Notes: a model not told the origin generated them from the letters alone. DNA of 64,000 bases from Camelus dromedarius (GCF_036321535.1 NC_087436.1:121584001-121648000), one strand, 5' to 3'. Numbered from the stretch's first letter, positions 1 through 12,909 are shown. Made by a program: numbers and translations.

Positions 1-960
1 CTCGCCAGACTCATCATAAAAACGCACCAAAGAAAGAAATGGCCAACATGGAGAAGCAGAGAGGGACAGCGCTGCCACCCCACAGACACTAAAAGGGTAA
101 TAACGGAGTAGCAAGAACATCCATGCCAGCGACCCCTGAACTTAGATGAAACAGACAACGTCCTTGAAAGACATCAGTAACCAGAGCTCACTCCAGAAGA
201 AACAGACACCCTAACCAGCCCCATTGCCACTACGCTGAATCTGCTGCTAAAAATATTCCCATAAAAAACCCAGGCCCAGATGACTTCAGTGTAAACTCTG
301 TCACATATTCAAGGAAGACGTAGTGCCAACTCTACACAAGTTCTTCCAGAACAATTTCCAACTCATCTACCTGCCCAGCGTTACCGATACCAAAACCACA
401 CACAGACATTACACTACACGACAGTACAAAAAAAAAAAAAACAGACCAACATCCTCCATGAACACACACTACAAAAACTTAACAAAGTTTTAGCAAACAA
501 TCCAGCAAAATATAAAAAGAGTAACACCTCATGACTTAGGGGCTTAACCTCAGAAATGCAAGGTTGGTTCAGAATTCAAAAACCAATCACTATAATCATG
601 TCAAACTAAAGAAGAAAAACCATGGGATCATCTTAACATGCAGAAAAAGCATTTCATAAAACTCAACATCCGTTCAGGATAAAAGCTCTCAGTAAATTAG
701 GAACAGAAGGGAATAACCTCAACTTGATAAGGGACATCTACAAAAAGCCTACCACTACCACCAAACACAATGATGAAAGACAGACGTTTTACGGCCAAGA
801 GCAGGAACAATGCGGAGATGGACACCCTCGCACTTGCACTGGATGTTGTACTAGGGATTCTGACCAGCGCTAGGAGGCAAGAGGGAGGAAAACAAACAGA
901 AATGTGTATACTGGAGAGGAAGAAACAAAGTATTTGACTGCATGACCCTATCTGGTCACG
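1..960 (+). mobile_element. Old L1 ORF2 fragment (degraded), in ADD1 intron 3
   Basis: L1 ORF2-like motifs AAAAAACCCAGGCCCAGATGACTTC, AGAAATGCAAGGTTGGTTC and GAAGGGAATAACCTCAACTTGATAAGGG; no intact ORF. Confidence 0.8.
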
Positions 961-1109
961 ACACAATTACCCTTGTTATATATTGCTAGATTTGATTCTT
1001 TTAACTCTGAACTGTCTCACGCATACAGAAAAGTACAGAGAAAATACAAAGAACCACATACGTATAATCTTGATTCAGCATATAAATCCTCTACTTTAGC
1101 TCTTTAATT

Positions 1110-1468
1110 TTTTCTTTCTTTTTTTAAATACATTTTTATTGAAGTATAGTCAGTTTACAATGTGTCAATTTCTGGTGTGCGGCACAGTGCTTCAGTCATA
1201 CATGAACATACATGAATTTGTTTTTCATATTCTCTTTCACCATAAGTTACTACAAGACGTTGAGTATGGTTTCCTGTGCTACACAGTAGAAACTTGTTGT
1301 TTACCGGATTTTGTGAGAATCCTCCTGTATTTCGAAACAAGAGACACTCTGCCAGAGCTCAGAAGGAGTTCTGTGCAACGCAGTGGGTTTGTGGATGTAA
1401 TTCTTGGTGTATTTGTGGGACAGGGTGAGCTGTGACACTCTTCACTTCTCCATCTTGGCTCCTCCCCC
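1110..1468 (-). mobile_element. Internally deleted L1: L1 5'UTR start (1468-1304) fused to an L1 3'UTR end with A-tail (1303-1110)
   Basis: Minus strand starts GGGGGAGGAGCCAAGATGG (L1 5' terminus with YY1 core) and ends in a cetartiodactyl-type L1 3' end with AATAAA (1140-1135) and an A-rich tail; CTCTTTAATT flanks both ends (1100-1109, 1471-1480). Confidence 0.8.
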
Positions 1469-1509
1469 ATCTCTTTAATTGTTTAAATTGCTTTTTAGAA
1501 GATTTTTCA

Positions 1510-3130
1510 GAGGATGGTGGCAGTGGAAGTACAGTTTTTGAATCTCCTTAAATAATCTCTATCCCAACCCTGCAGAAAATAACTAGAGCAATCAGGGTAG
1601 CAAAGCTGAAAACCCAGGGATGCATCTGCAACAGAACTAGGTAACAAGGTGGGCCCATGAAGCTGAACACATAAGCAGGGGGGCTGACACAGACAGAGCG
1701 AGTGGTTTCAGCATCCGTGCAGGAGGAAGAAGGAAACCGTGGACCATCTGCCAAACCTGAGACTCCCGAAAGAACCAACAAGAACTCAGAGGACCAAACT
1801 GAGAATAGCAGCCGATACCAAGAGGCGTTCTGCAACATTTTAACCCTTAAAAGTTCTCTAAACTAACCACCCGAAACAGTCTTTCAGCACAAAGGCTCAC
1901 ACTAAGAAATCTGTGTAAATTAGAACCTAAACTGCATAGCACAGGACTCTGGGGGGAAGGGGAGGGGAGGGGAAGGGTGGGGTGGAGTGGGAAGGAGAGG
2001 AAAGGTCCAGATAAAAGCCAGGGAGGTGGACAGAACCTGATCTCATAAAACAAGCTGCCATATTTTTAGCACTACACAAAAACGACAGAAGAGGGAGCTC
2101 TAGAGCCAGGACTCCGGACCAGACTACTCCAGGAAAACTAACTTCCGGTAAAACTGAACAGAAAAACATCAAGATCAAGTACCACACAAAAATTACTTAA
2201 AGAAAAAAGGGCAGAATCACATTCCTACAGGTAATGAAAGCACACAAGAAAGACATGTCCACAAAACAAATGAAAACTATAACCTAGTATTTCAATAAAG
2301 TTGAAGGTACTAATAATAAAAGATATGAAAAAAGTTAATATAATTAGAAAAATTCAGAAGCGTGGGCTGGAATGTTAAGGAAATCAGATACAAATGAAAA
2401 AATAATTGTAAAAATACTAAATTCAAAGTAGAAGAAAGGGAAACGAAAAACTTTTTAAATCACAAAAGAAATGAAGAAAATGATAAAATGGATTTGGGAA
2501 AAAGTGCAGTTAAAGAAGGCAAAGAAAATCCAACATGCATATAACAGGAATCCCTGAAGAAGGAAACAGAAGCAAGGGAACCGAATACATATTAAAAGCC
2601 AATTCAAGAAAACACTGCTAAAATAAGTAAGATTTGGAAGGGCCTGTCATCGGAGAAAATCAACCCAGAAGGACCGACACTAAGACATATTCCAGTAAAA
2701 CTGCTGGCTTTAAAGAAAAAGAAAAACAGTGTGAGCATCCAGGAAAAGAGATTAAGTAACTTAAATGGAAAGACTGTCTTCAAATTCTAATAGCAAAGCT
2801 TTGGGCCAGAAGAAAATGAACCCTGTATTTAAGACACACAAAATAAGAAAATGTGAGCTGACGACTTTATGCTCAAACTTAGTAAACCAAATTCACACCG
2901 ACATATAAAGGCCACAGTGCAGGAGCTCAGAGTCACTTCCACAAGTGTTTTCTGAGAAATCCACTATAAAAGGAGCTTCAGACAACCAAACTGACTAGGG
3001 GTCAATGGTACAAGGCCTGGTGGTGAGCATTAAATACAGATTTTTTACAGAGTTAAGTTAGTAATTATAACACTACATGAACGTTATAAGGGAAGGCCAT
3101 AATATGTAATGGTTATATGCTCTGACAACA
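1510..3130 (+). mobile_element. HAL1-like / L1 ORF1-type ancient element
   Basis: A-rich ORF1-like tract (AGGAATCCCTGAAGAAGGAAAC; AGGAGCTTCAGACAACCAAA) resembling recalled HAL1 consensus. Confidence 0.5.
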
Positions 3131-3199
3131 CAGGATATAATTATTTTAAAACATGAAGAAAGAACATATTATTGGTATGGTGTTGGTATGATGCGTGCT

Positions 3200-4720
3200 A
3201 TGTGGGAAAAAGCAGTGAGTAATTACGTACTATTCTAATCTTGTTATTCTTGGTGTCCTGGAGAACAAGAATACTTGTTGTAGAAGAAAGGAAGACATAA
3301 ATGTTGGATGGAAGAGGTCAAAGTAAAAACCTCTTAGAACTGAATGTTAATTTAAATTATAATCCTAGTATATCAATACAGTATACAAATCATAAGGTAA
3401 GATGCATTTTTTAGTTCTATCCAACAAAAAGGCCTAGATAGAAAGACTAATTAGTCAGTAGCAATGAGCACTCCTAGCACCCAGACTAAAATTTCATTTC
3501 TCACAAAAAGAAACGAAGGTTTCTTAGAGAAATGGCTGATTCCAGATCCTCACAGGAGATGGCCTGAACACTACCAAAGACTACTGGGCTCAGGAGTCAA
3601 CCCGGACAGACGCCCATCAGTCAAAGATGGGACAGCGTGAGCAGCACCAAAAAGGGTAACTGCAAAGTTCTGACACAATTAAATACATTTAAATCGATGA
3701 GTTCAAAATGATACTAAAAAATTACAGTAACTGGTCACTTTAGAAGGATGACAGGAAACCAACTTCTCATGTTACAAAGAACTACCTTTTGCATACAGAC
3801 CACACCACCAGGTAACCAAGACTTGGCTGACAGGAAGTTTCCTTTCATGTGTGGGTTGAGGGCTTCTCAGCAGACCACAGCGAGGCAGCCGCTCTGCTAC
3901 ATGTGCAGCTCTGACCAAGAAGCAGGTCACCTGCAGATGGTTTAGCACCAGGTTCACAGCAAGCACGTGTTGAGTGACAGGGAAGGAGGCGGCCCCCTTT
4001 CTGGCCACGTCCCATTTCCCAAGGAAGCTTCTCTTTACAGAAATATTCTAATTAATAAATACAGAACAAAGGGAAACAACTGAAATAGCACCATCCTGGG
4101 ACCTTTAGTGAACTGAGAGACCTGGGCACTGAGCAGCAACGGCTGCTACAACACAAGGGACGCACCTATGTGAGAACTACGAGCGCAATGCCGCCTGCAA
4201 AGCAGGGCGTGCCGAAACCTGAACCCAAACGCAGCCAAGCTTCTAGAGCCAACTACCAACTACTGCGAACACAAAAGACAAAAGACCTCGTCAGCACCAC
4301 GGACAGGGAACCAGCAAAACCCAGACTAGAAAACTGTAGGTCAACAAATCCATTTTCTTTAAAGAGTGAGGAGAAAAAGAAATGGAGGGGCAACTTGTAA
4401 CCTTAAAAATGCTTAAGAGACATTAAGTAAAAATAGACAAACACTGAAGCATAATATTTAGGGATGACCATTTGGGTGATAAAACCACAAAGAAAAGCAA
4501 GGCACAACACCACACCAGTCAAGACGATGGTTCCTCTGAGAGAGGGGTCGGGCAAGGGGCAAGTGACTGTAACTCCTTCCCTCTTAGCCTGGTGACGGTT
4601 ATAAAGGTGTTCACCTTAAAATCATTCCTAAGTTATACATCACTTGTTCAATGCCATCTGCATATGTTCTATTTTATAACAAAGGTTAAAATTTGTATTA
4701 AAAATTTTATATTTAAGAAA
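3200..4720 (+). mobile_element. L1MC-type 3' region remnant
   Basis: AAAAGAAACGAAGGTTTCTTAGAGAAATGGCTGATTCCAG and downstream blocks are paralogous to 40480-41740 in this window. Confidence 0.55.
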
Positions 4721-5100
4721 CAAACTACTGGACACAATTAAAACCAGTCAGATTTCTTTCTTCCTTCTTTTCCTTTTTTGGTGTGGCACTATTGAAATGA
4801 AATTCTCTTTATCTCTGATTGGAAGACAACATGCAAGTAAATACACTACATTGTTCTTTATTGTCTAATTCATGTATTACTAGAATCCATGTGAAAAAGA
4901 CGAAAACCTACTGACTACCATTCCACTCCAAGACGGAAGTCTGAGCTCGTAAGTTAAATGTGAGTCTCAGTGTCCCCTAGACAGTACACTGGTGAGCGTC
5001 AGCCAAGATGTTCTAGAAATCCATGGAACAGGTAAGCCAGAGAGATAGGAAGCAACACCTGATGTCAGTCAGTCAGCGTACAGAGCCAGGAGCTACTCAC

Positions 5101-5263
5101 TCATGTTTAAGGCAGCCATCCCTCCCTGTGGAGCTGCCGGGTAGACGTTTGGGACATTCGCGGTCATGAAGTCTGCAATCTGCTGTAATGCCAACAGGCC
5201 TGTGGGATTCTTCCCCTTCTTAAATTGTTCCTGTATCATTGACTCCAGCTCTTCACAGAAAGC
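5101..5263 (-). CDS. ADD1: Alpha-adducin exon 3 (163 nt): [54 protein letters not shown]
   Basis: Acceptor ttttgttag|GCT, donor CATGA|gtgagt; continues exon 2 in frame; matches alpha-adducin residues 66-119. Confidence 0.98.
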
Positions 5264-5899
5264 CTAACAAAAAGCAAATTAAAACAATGAGACGCTGCTT
5301 CTTTGTTCCTCGGGAAGGCAGGGGTAACTATCACAGAGACCACTGTTTAGTCTGTTTTCATCCAGTGGCAAGTGAATACTCTCATACATCGCTACTTGGC
5401 GCATAACTGGCACATCCTTTCTGTAAAGTAATTTAACAATATAGACACTTAAGAATTTGAACAGGCCTTCTATTCCCAGGAATCTTTTCTAAAGAACTAA
5501 TCAGAGATGTGCCCAAAGACTTATTCATTAGATGCTCATTCCAGCATCACTAGTAAAAGGGAAAACAGGTAACAGTCTACACTTTAAACAGCAGAGGACT
5601 GATTAAATATACTGACTCACCTTACAATGGAATGCTGTGCACATACAGCACGAAAGGCTAAGAAAAATTAAATGACACTGTTCTACGCACTGAGAACATA
5701 TAGATGGAAAAAAATGGCCTTGCCATTAATGAACTTAAAACTTCGTGAGGGAAACACAAGAAGGAGAAAAACAACACTACAAGGGGCCTCTGTACCAACG
5801 GCAACCCCGATGACCCACACACGCAGTCCAGAGCTGAGCTCAGCAATGCCAGTGAGGCCCGGGGCTGTCCACCTGGGTCCCAGACTCTGGCCCCAACCA

Positions 5900-7560
5900 G
5901 CAGTCACTGGCCAATGACCTCATGCACTTGCCTGGTCCTAATCCCGGGTGGGCCAACATCCATTCCCTCACCTCTCAGCTTCCTGATCGCCTCTCCTCCA
6001 ATGACCGTCTTCCAACTCACCTCGGCCTCCTGTTTCCATGGTCGTGCCCCAGGGACCTGCTCATTCCCAGTAACTGTGTCCCTCTTCAATCTCAGAGCCA
6101 AGGTTGTGCTCTGCAGACAGCTCTTCCTAGTGTCCAGTGCACCCTTCTTCAGCCCATCGTGACCCTAAGACCCTATCATCATCCCTCACCTTCCCTGTGT
6201 CCTGACCCCTCACTCAGCTTAGGCCCTTGGTTTAACACTGTAACTGCTCCCTGGCTCACAACTTCAGCTCTACCATTTCATCCGGCAAAATCCCAGTCCT
6301 GGGTAAAGCTAACTCCTCGCCCTTTCTACTCATGCCTCTGGAAGTGGCTGGAGGGAAAAGGCAGAGACTCCTGCGCTGCCTCACGTTAAGTTCAGGGACA
6401 CTGCCCTGAGTGTACCCTTCACACGAACCCAGGACCGCTCTCGACTTCTCTGGCCCATTCCCTCACCTCCCCTTCATGCCTTCTCTCTCCTCAAGCCTCC
6501 GACGCTGCTCCCGGCGCCCGTCCTCAGCAGTGACTCCAGGTGCTATCCCCGAGAGCAGAGCCACTCTGAAGAACTCTCACAGGTTCCCTCTCACGTCCGC
6601 CAACTACAGCACCTGCGTCCACAGGACGCCTGCCCACCCCTCACTGTGGATGAACCACCACGTGCCCGGAACCAAGAAGCCAGCCCAGGCACGCCCTACC
6701 CAGCAAGGCACCGGGTCCTGCAGCCTTCTCACTGGTGGCCTTCTCTGGATGCTCCTGCGTCAGGAAAGCTCTGATGCTGCTGGGCTCTAAGCGACTGCGG
6801 GCGGGGGCTCCACACCCCAGTGCCGAGCACGGCGTTGGTGCACACTAGCCGCTGTAAGTTGCTACTTCACTCTATCCCAGGTGACTTTTACTTATTGCTT
6901 GTTGCTTTTTACCAGGAAAACTACTTGAGCCAAGTCCACATGTTGCTCTGATTCTTCATTTCCTCCCACCTCTTCCTCCCCATCCATCAGCAAATCCTAC
7001 TCACCCTACCCTCACAGTAAAACTCAGATGGGTCTACCTCTCCCCACCTCCACCACCACCACTCTGGCCCAAGCTTCCATCACCGCATCTGGGAGACGGC
7101 GTTCTCTCTTGCCCCACGTGATATTCCCTCTGTACCAAACCAGAATGAGCTACTCAAAGACTGAATCGTGCCACTCCCGTCTGCAACCCTCCAATGACAA
7201 CTGTACTCTGGATGTAAGACAAGCTCCTCAGCTGAGCTCGCACTGCCTCCCAGGACCTGCTCCCTCGCCCCTCGAGCCTCGCTGCACCTTCCGGCCTTTT
7301 GCTTCCTATGCTCAGACCACCCAGCTGCCTCCGACTCTTTCAAGCTCATGCCTAGCCTAGGAATTTCACATTAGCAGCTCCCTCAGCCCAGAATGCGTCT
7401 CCCCCAGTCCCGGCTCCTTCCCATCACTCCTTTACTCAGAGAGGCCTGTTCTAATCACCGGCACAACTTAACCAGCCGACTGCTTCCTGCCCCTCGCTTC
7501 TGTCTGTTGCTCACTGCTTATCCCCTTCGACTAGAACGCAAGTCTGAGGCGACCTGAGCG
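5900..7560 (+). mobile_element. Degraded L2-like fragments
   Basis: Pyrimidine-rich L2-like blocks such as CTCCACCACCACCACTCTGGCCCAAGCTTCCATCA and TCAGAGAGGCCTGTTCTAATCACC. Confidence 0.45.
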
Positions 7561-7753
7561 CCTACACGGGTGCTGCCTGCATGTCAGACCTCATCAAGCC
7601 GTATACTTGAGACCCGTGCACTCTACTGTCAGTTATATTATTGAAAAACGATAGATGAATGATAATAACCAAACGAAAAAGCTTTGTATGTCTTGTTTAC
7701 TGCTAAATCCCCAGTTCCTTGGAGATGGATTGATTACCACTAAAAAAAGTTCA

Positions 7754-7895
7754 GGGAGCAGGGTGCAGCTCAGAGGTAGAGTGCGTGCTTAGCAGACACA
7801 AGGTCCTGGGTTCAATCCCAAGTACCTCCTCTAAAAGTAAACAAATAAACCCCCCAAAAAAGTATAAAGTAAAAAATAAATTAAAATTTTTAAAA
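7754..7895 (+). mobile_element. tRNA-Ala-derived SINE (camelid Vic-1-like)
   Basis: Head GGGTGCAGCTCAGAGGTAGAGTGCGTGCTTAGCA...GGTTCAATCCC with Pol III A/B boxes, followed by an A-rich tail. Confidence 0.85.
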
Positions 7896-8405
7896 AGCTC
7901 CATGAATTATCTGTCAAATGACACCCCAAAATATTCAGGAAACGAAACAAGAACAGGTTAAAAAGAAAGAGAGTGACGCGCACAGGGGCAGCAGTCTCAG
8001 CGCGAGAGCCCGAGAGCAGCGCCGCCCGGCCCGGGGCGCGGCCAAGGCACGGCACGCCGCGCAGCCATGGTGAAAGCCGCCCATGACCGGGTGCCGTCTA
8101 GACCTACTAGGGGCCCAGCCCCAGGCCAGGCGTTTAGGAGGAATCAGTCGTTTTTAAACGGTCCCAGCATTTAAAGATTCCAGAGAAGCAGTGAGGGTAA
8201 AGAGGAGAAGTGACACCTCCTGCCCTCTATGACACTGAAGACTTCCGCTTATTGTGTCTGGTAACTCGAACTAAGCTGAACCTTTCCGAGCCCTTGGCGC
8301 TGACTTGCTGTGTGAGGTAAACTGACTGTGACCACACAGCAGAGCAGACGGGCTGAAGGAGGGAAGGAGGAGGAGGACACGCGGTCAGAGAAAGGCTCCT
8401 CTTAC

Positions 8406-8600
8406 GGGGCTCTGCAGAATCATGGACACCCTCTTCTTCTGCTCCATCATGTTGAAGTCCTGGCGAAGGTCTGGGGCCATGTTCCTCTCTCGCAAGTATT
8501 CTGGATTGTTCTCATCCACTCTGTCGAAATACCTCTCCTTGTGAGGGACTGTGGTCGGGGGTGGTGAGGTCACCACTGCCGCCCGAGTATCACCATTCAT
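8406..8600 (-). CDS. ADD1: Alpha-adducin first coding exon (exon 2 spans 8406-8620), codons 1-65 [17 protein letters not shown]...ILQSP
   Basis: Matches the alpha-adducin N-terminus; acceptor ctgtag|GAACC at 8620, ATG at 8600, donor CCC|gtaag at 8405. Confidence 0.99.
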
Positions 8601-9879
8601 TGCACAATCTTTCTAGGTTCCTACAGAATCAAAATAAAAGAAAGTATTGTTTTTGAATCAATGTCCAGCAGCCTTTCACAATGAGCACATCAGCCTGATA
8701 AATACCATCTTCAGCCCAAGGACGCCCTGAGTGACCCTGGCCATCGGCCAGAGCCATGACGTGTGAGACCTCTTTGTGGCTGACCAGCCATCTCCCACCC
8801 TCCCACCAGCCATGGCAGTTCTGCCCTTGCTCTTCTTCAGCGACAACAGAACAATCCCACAAAACTTCTATTTCCTCTGACAAACTTAGGAAAATTTTGA
8901 CCGTCAGACAGCCGAAAGTCATCATGTGTCCCACACAGACAGGGTCTTCTAACAGCAGCAGAGTTCATTTCCAGAAAAATTTGATTTATGCTAATTTTCC
9001 CAAAAAGTATTGGTGGCGATTTTGCACAGGATTCCCCAGGCTGAGCAACAGGAGAGAAGCTGCTCACACATCTATATTCACACAAACGGGAAATGTTCCT
9101 CATCAACACCACCAGTTTGGTTCAAAGAACAGTAACAGCAGGTACTGAAAATGTCACCACGCCCTGGGTTGTAAATAACCTCAAAAGATGCCCAAATGGC
9201 TCAAATTTAAAAATCTGCTAATATGGCTACTTAATTTACATTCTTTTTAATCGCCATCTTTTATTTGAAATGATGCTCAAATGCACTAAATTATATTCAT
9301 CTTTTAACTACTAAATCTCTAAACAGCACCTTTACTAATCATACAAATAGTTCCATTTCTATTCTGTTTTTATAAAACACTAAATGACAGCTTTAACAAC
9401 ATATATACAGTATCTACTGAGCATCTGGTATGGCAGTCACCGCTGGCCACAAAATTAATTAGATGTGGTCCTCACTTTAGGGAAGCTGGACTCACAGTCT
9501 AACAGTCTCACAGGGGAGACAGACTCACTGAGAAAGGCAGAGTTGTTGACCGGAATTCACTAGCACAGAGACGCTGGCTAAAGCCAGGAGAGGAGAGGAA
9601 ACTGGCCAGCAGAAGAATACAAATTGGGAAGAGGAGGGCAGAACAGGCACCCAGAACAGTTTCCATCATATAACAGTATCTAAATTAAAATACCTGAATA
9701 CATTAAGAACAAGAAGGAAAGGACCAAAAGACAAGATGAGAAAGAGTCTCAGAAGCCACAGACAGAGTTTCAACGACGAGTGAGTGAACAACAGTTCCTC
9801 AAGCCACAGAGGATAAGCAAAGTAGGTGTGTTTTTTTTTTTAAAAGGTTAAATCAGCAACTAAAAAAGTAAGTGGTGCC

Positions 9880-10530
9880 CCTTACACTACATACAAAAAT
9901 TCATTCCAAATGGAACACAGACCTAAATGTGACTGCATAAACTATAAAATTCTTAGAAGAAAGTAAAGGAGTAAATCCACAAGACCCTGGGTTAGGCAAA
10001 GTCTTCCACGACCCCAAAAAGACAGCAACAAGAAAAAAAGAGATAACCTGGACTTCCTCAAAAGTAAAAACATTTGTGCTTCAAAGGATACATAAGGTAG
10101 TGAAATACCATAGGACCCAGGAATCCCGCTCCTGGGCACACGTCCAGAAGGAACCCTACTTCAAAATGACACCTGCACCCCAATGTTCATAGCAGCACTA
10201 TTTACAATAGCCAAGACATGGAAACAGCCTAAATGTCCATCGACAGATGACGGGATAAAGAAGATGTGGTATATTTATACAGTGGAATACTACTCAGCCA
10301 TAAAAACTGACAATGCCATTTGCAGCAACATGGATGTTCCTGGAGAATGTCATTCTAAGTGAAGAAAGCCAGGAAAAGAAAGAAAAATACCACATGAAAT
10401 TGCTCATATGTGGAATCTAAAAAATAAATAAATAAATAAGGAAGTGAAAAAAAACCCATAAAATGGAAGAAAGTATGTGCAAATCATATATCTGAGAAGA
10501 TATTTACATCCAGAATATAGAACTTAATTA
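9880..10530 (+). mobile_element. Old L1 ORF2 fragment interrupted by a younger L1 fragment (10106-10435)
   Basis: Inner copy has L1 ORF2 C-terminal sequence (ACCTGCACCCCAATGTTCATAGCAGCACTATTTACAATAGCCAAGACATGG) and an (AAAT)n tail; TSD ATAAGG(T/A)AGTGAAA at 10092-10105 and 10436-10449. Confidence 0.85.
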
Positions 10531-10564
10531 AAATAATCAAAAGCCTGAAAGTCTTCAAGCGTCC

Positions 10565-10712
10565 TTGGTGGGTGCCACACAGAGCAGAGCTGCCCAGCTG
10601 AGCCTTGCCTAAACTCCTGACCCGCAAAATCATGAACTATGAATAAAATAACTACTTTAAGCTGCAAGGTCCTGAGATGGTTTGTCCTGCTGCAGCAGGT
10701 AACTAAAATACT
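10565..10712 (+). mobile_element. MaLR (MLT1-type) LTR 3' fragment
   Basis: CTGCCCAGCTGAGCCTTGCCTAAACTCCTGACCCGCAAAATCATG...TTTAAGCTGC...GCAGCAGGTAACTAAAATAC. Confidence 0.7.
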
Positions 10713-11091
10713 GTTCATGACAAAGGAAGGCGAGTGACAGCAGCCAGACCTGAATGCCAGACACGGCTCCTTACGTACACTCCGTCCTCTCACCTCCTCG
10801 GCTTGTCCACTTGCTCTGGCTTTCTCATGTTACAGACCAGGGGACTTAGGTCACTCAGATGGAAGTCGAAAGGGCTGGGATTCTAACACAGGCCGTCTGG
10901 CTGCAGAGCTTTTGTTCTTAACCTCTGAGCCACACTGCAAAAAATGATGACGATGATGATGATGGTTGGTGGAGGCAGCAGAAGAGGCAGCAAGGGGAAA
11001 CAATGTCCCCAAGGGACGGGCTTGAGGGCACAGGCGCAAAGGTGCCCTGACCAGCAGGACCCAACCTTGGGTATCTGGGGCTGGCACTGTT

Positions 11092-11245
11092 AGCTTTTTA
11101 ATGTGCATTTGAATTGCCTGGGAATCATGTTAAAAGACAAATTCACATCCAGTAGGTCTGGTGGGGCCTGAGATTCTTCACGTCTCAGGAGCTCCCAAGT
11201 GATACGAATGCCACTGAACTCGGAGCACAACATGAACAGCAAGGC
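11092..11245. mobile_element. MER5A-like hAT DNA transposon
   Basis: CAGTAGGTCTGGTGGGGCCTGAGATTC...AGCTCCCAAGTGAT core. Confidence 0.75.
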
Positions 11246-11276
11246 TTTAAAGGACAGTTTGTTTATCAAAACCATT

Positions 11277-11420
11277 GGGGAGAGGGAGGTACAAACTCAC
11301 AGGCGTAAGGCGGGCTCAGGATGTATGTACAACACGGGGAATGCAGCCAATATTTTATAATAACTGTAAATGGAAAGCAACCTTGAAAAATTGTGTACAA
11401 TTTTTAAATTTTTAAAAATA
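11277..11420 (+). mobile_element. L1 3' end fragment
   Basis: GTACAACACGGGGAATGCAGCCAATATTTTATAATAACTGTAAATGG followed by an A/T-rich tail. Confidence 0.7.
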
Positions 11421-12681
11421 TTCTGCTGTACTAATAGCCAAAGAATGAATAGAAGAAAGAAAATTTAAAGAAAAGACCAATTTGGACATTGCTTTCCTGA
11501 AATCTAAAGATAGTACATAAGTAACAGCTGATTAAAGTGACACTGCTTCGAGGACAAAGACGACAGCACAAAGCAGCCAAGGACTACAGGCAGCCCAGGG
11601 TCAGTAAGCCGCCACCTGACTTCCTCTTCTCTGAACAGAGCCCTGAAAATGTGTAGTTTCATCTGTTCAACCTAGTTTGTTCTGAAAGAAATGACCCAAA
11701 GAACGAAACACTAATGGTTGTGACACATTTCTTCATTAGATGTAAATGAAGCTGGCCATTCTGAGCCAACGATAAAAATGTTCCACTTCATTGTTTCCAA
11801 AAAAACAAAAAAGACAAAAGGATACACAGTATTACGAGTTCTCTATTACTAAATGAGTTCCAATTTTAAGCCATTTTCATCAGTAAATAAGGACAAAGGG
11901 GAACATTTTAGAGGCAACTACAGCTGCTTCCTGGTTCCCACAGCTGACGGAAAGAAAAGAATCTTTGTAAAACCAACATGTTAAAGATAAGGCAGAAATG
12001 CTTTCTTTTTATTACAGATTACCACGTGAATGGGGTAAGATAAAGGTTGAAGACCAGATATGCACGCATTCCATTCCCTCAACAAGGAAGCCTATAAACT
12101 TAAAGTCAAAGTACACACATTCTGAGCCCAATAACCAACAGTAAGCGTAATTCTACTTTCAAAGCACAAAACCTGCACTGGATTTTCGCCAATTATGGCT
12201 CCAGGTTTCACGGGCGTAGTCTTCAAGTGTGTGTTAAGACAGCAGACTTTTCTGTGACGATCTCTACAAAGAAGTTATTTAGTCCAAATTTTTTAAAAAG
12301 AAATAGAAAACTACAGATGCAAAGAAAATTTCCTGCAACAGTACTTAGAGTAATTAAACAATAAAATAATTCAAAAAGACCAATGTCCAACGGTACATGA
12401 ATGGTTGTAACACGATCTGCTCAATACAGTATTATGAAACTACGAAGATTCTTCAATACAATATACATAAAAGATTATAATGTTTAAGTGAAAAGCTATA
12501 AATTTCCTATTCTACTATATATAGTTATCAGTATTATCATTTATTCACACACAGACAAGATGATACAATGGCAGATGAGCTGTATTAAAGTTGAATAAAC
12601 TCATTCAAGACCAGTGTGGACTAGTGTTCCTCCAGCCCAGTACTCCATAAAGCCACTATAATTTAACCTGTGTAAAAATTT

Positions 12682-12909
12682 CTTTAACTTTTTTTATTGA
12701 TTTATAATAATTTGACAATGTTGTGTCAAATTCCAGTGTCGAGCACAATTTTTCAGTTATACATGAATATATACATATTCGTTGCCACGTTTTTTCTCTG
12801 TGAGCTACCATAAGATCTTGCGTATATTTCCCTGTGCTGTACAGTATAATCTTGTTTATCTATTCCAAATTTTGAAATCCCAGTCTATCCCTTCCCACTC
12901 CCCGCGCCC
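12682..12909 (-). mobile_element. 5'-truncated lineage-specific L1 3' end with TSD
   Basis: 3'UTR similar to 1110-1303; T-tract at the left end; TSD AAC(C/T)TGTGTAAAAATTT at 12665-12681 and 12910-12926. Confidence 0.85.

Noticed and set aside
1950..2000. G-rich purine tract (possible G4 or H-DNA)
   Set aside because: Simple low-complexity run inside an ancient repeat, with no supporting context.
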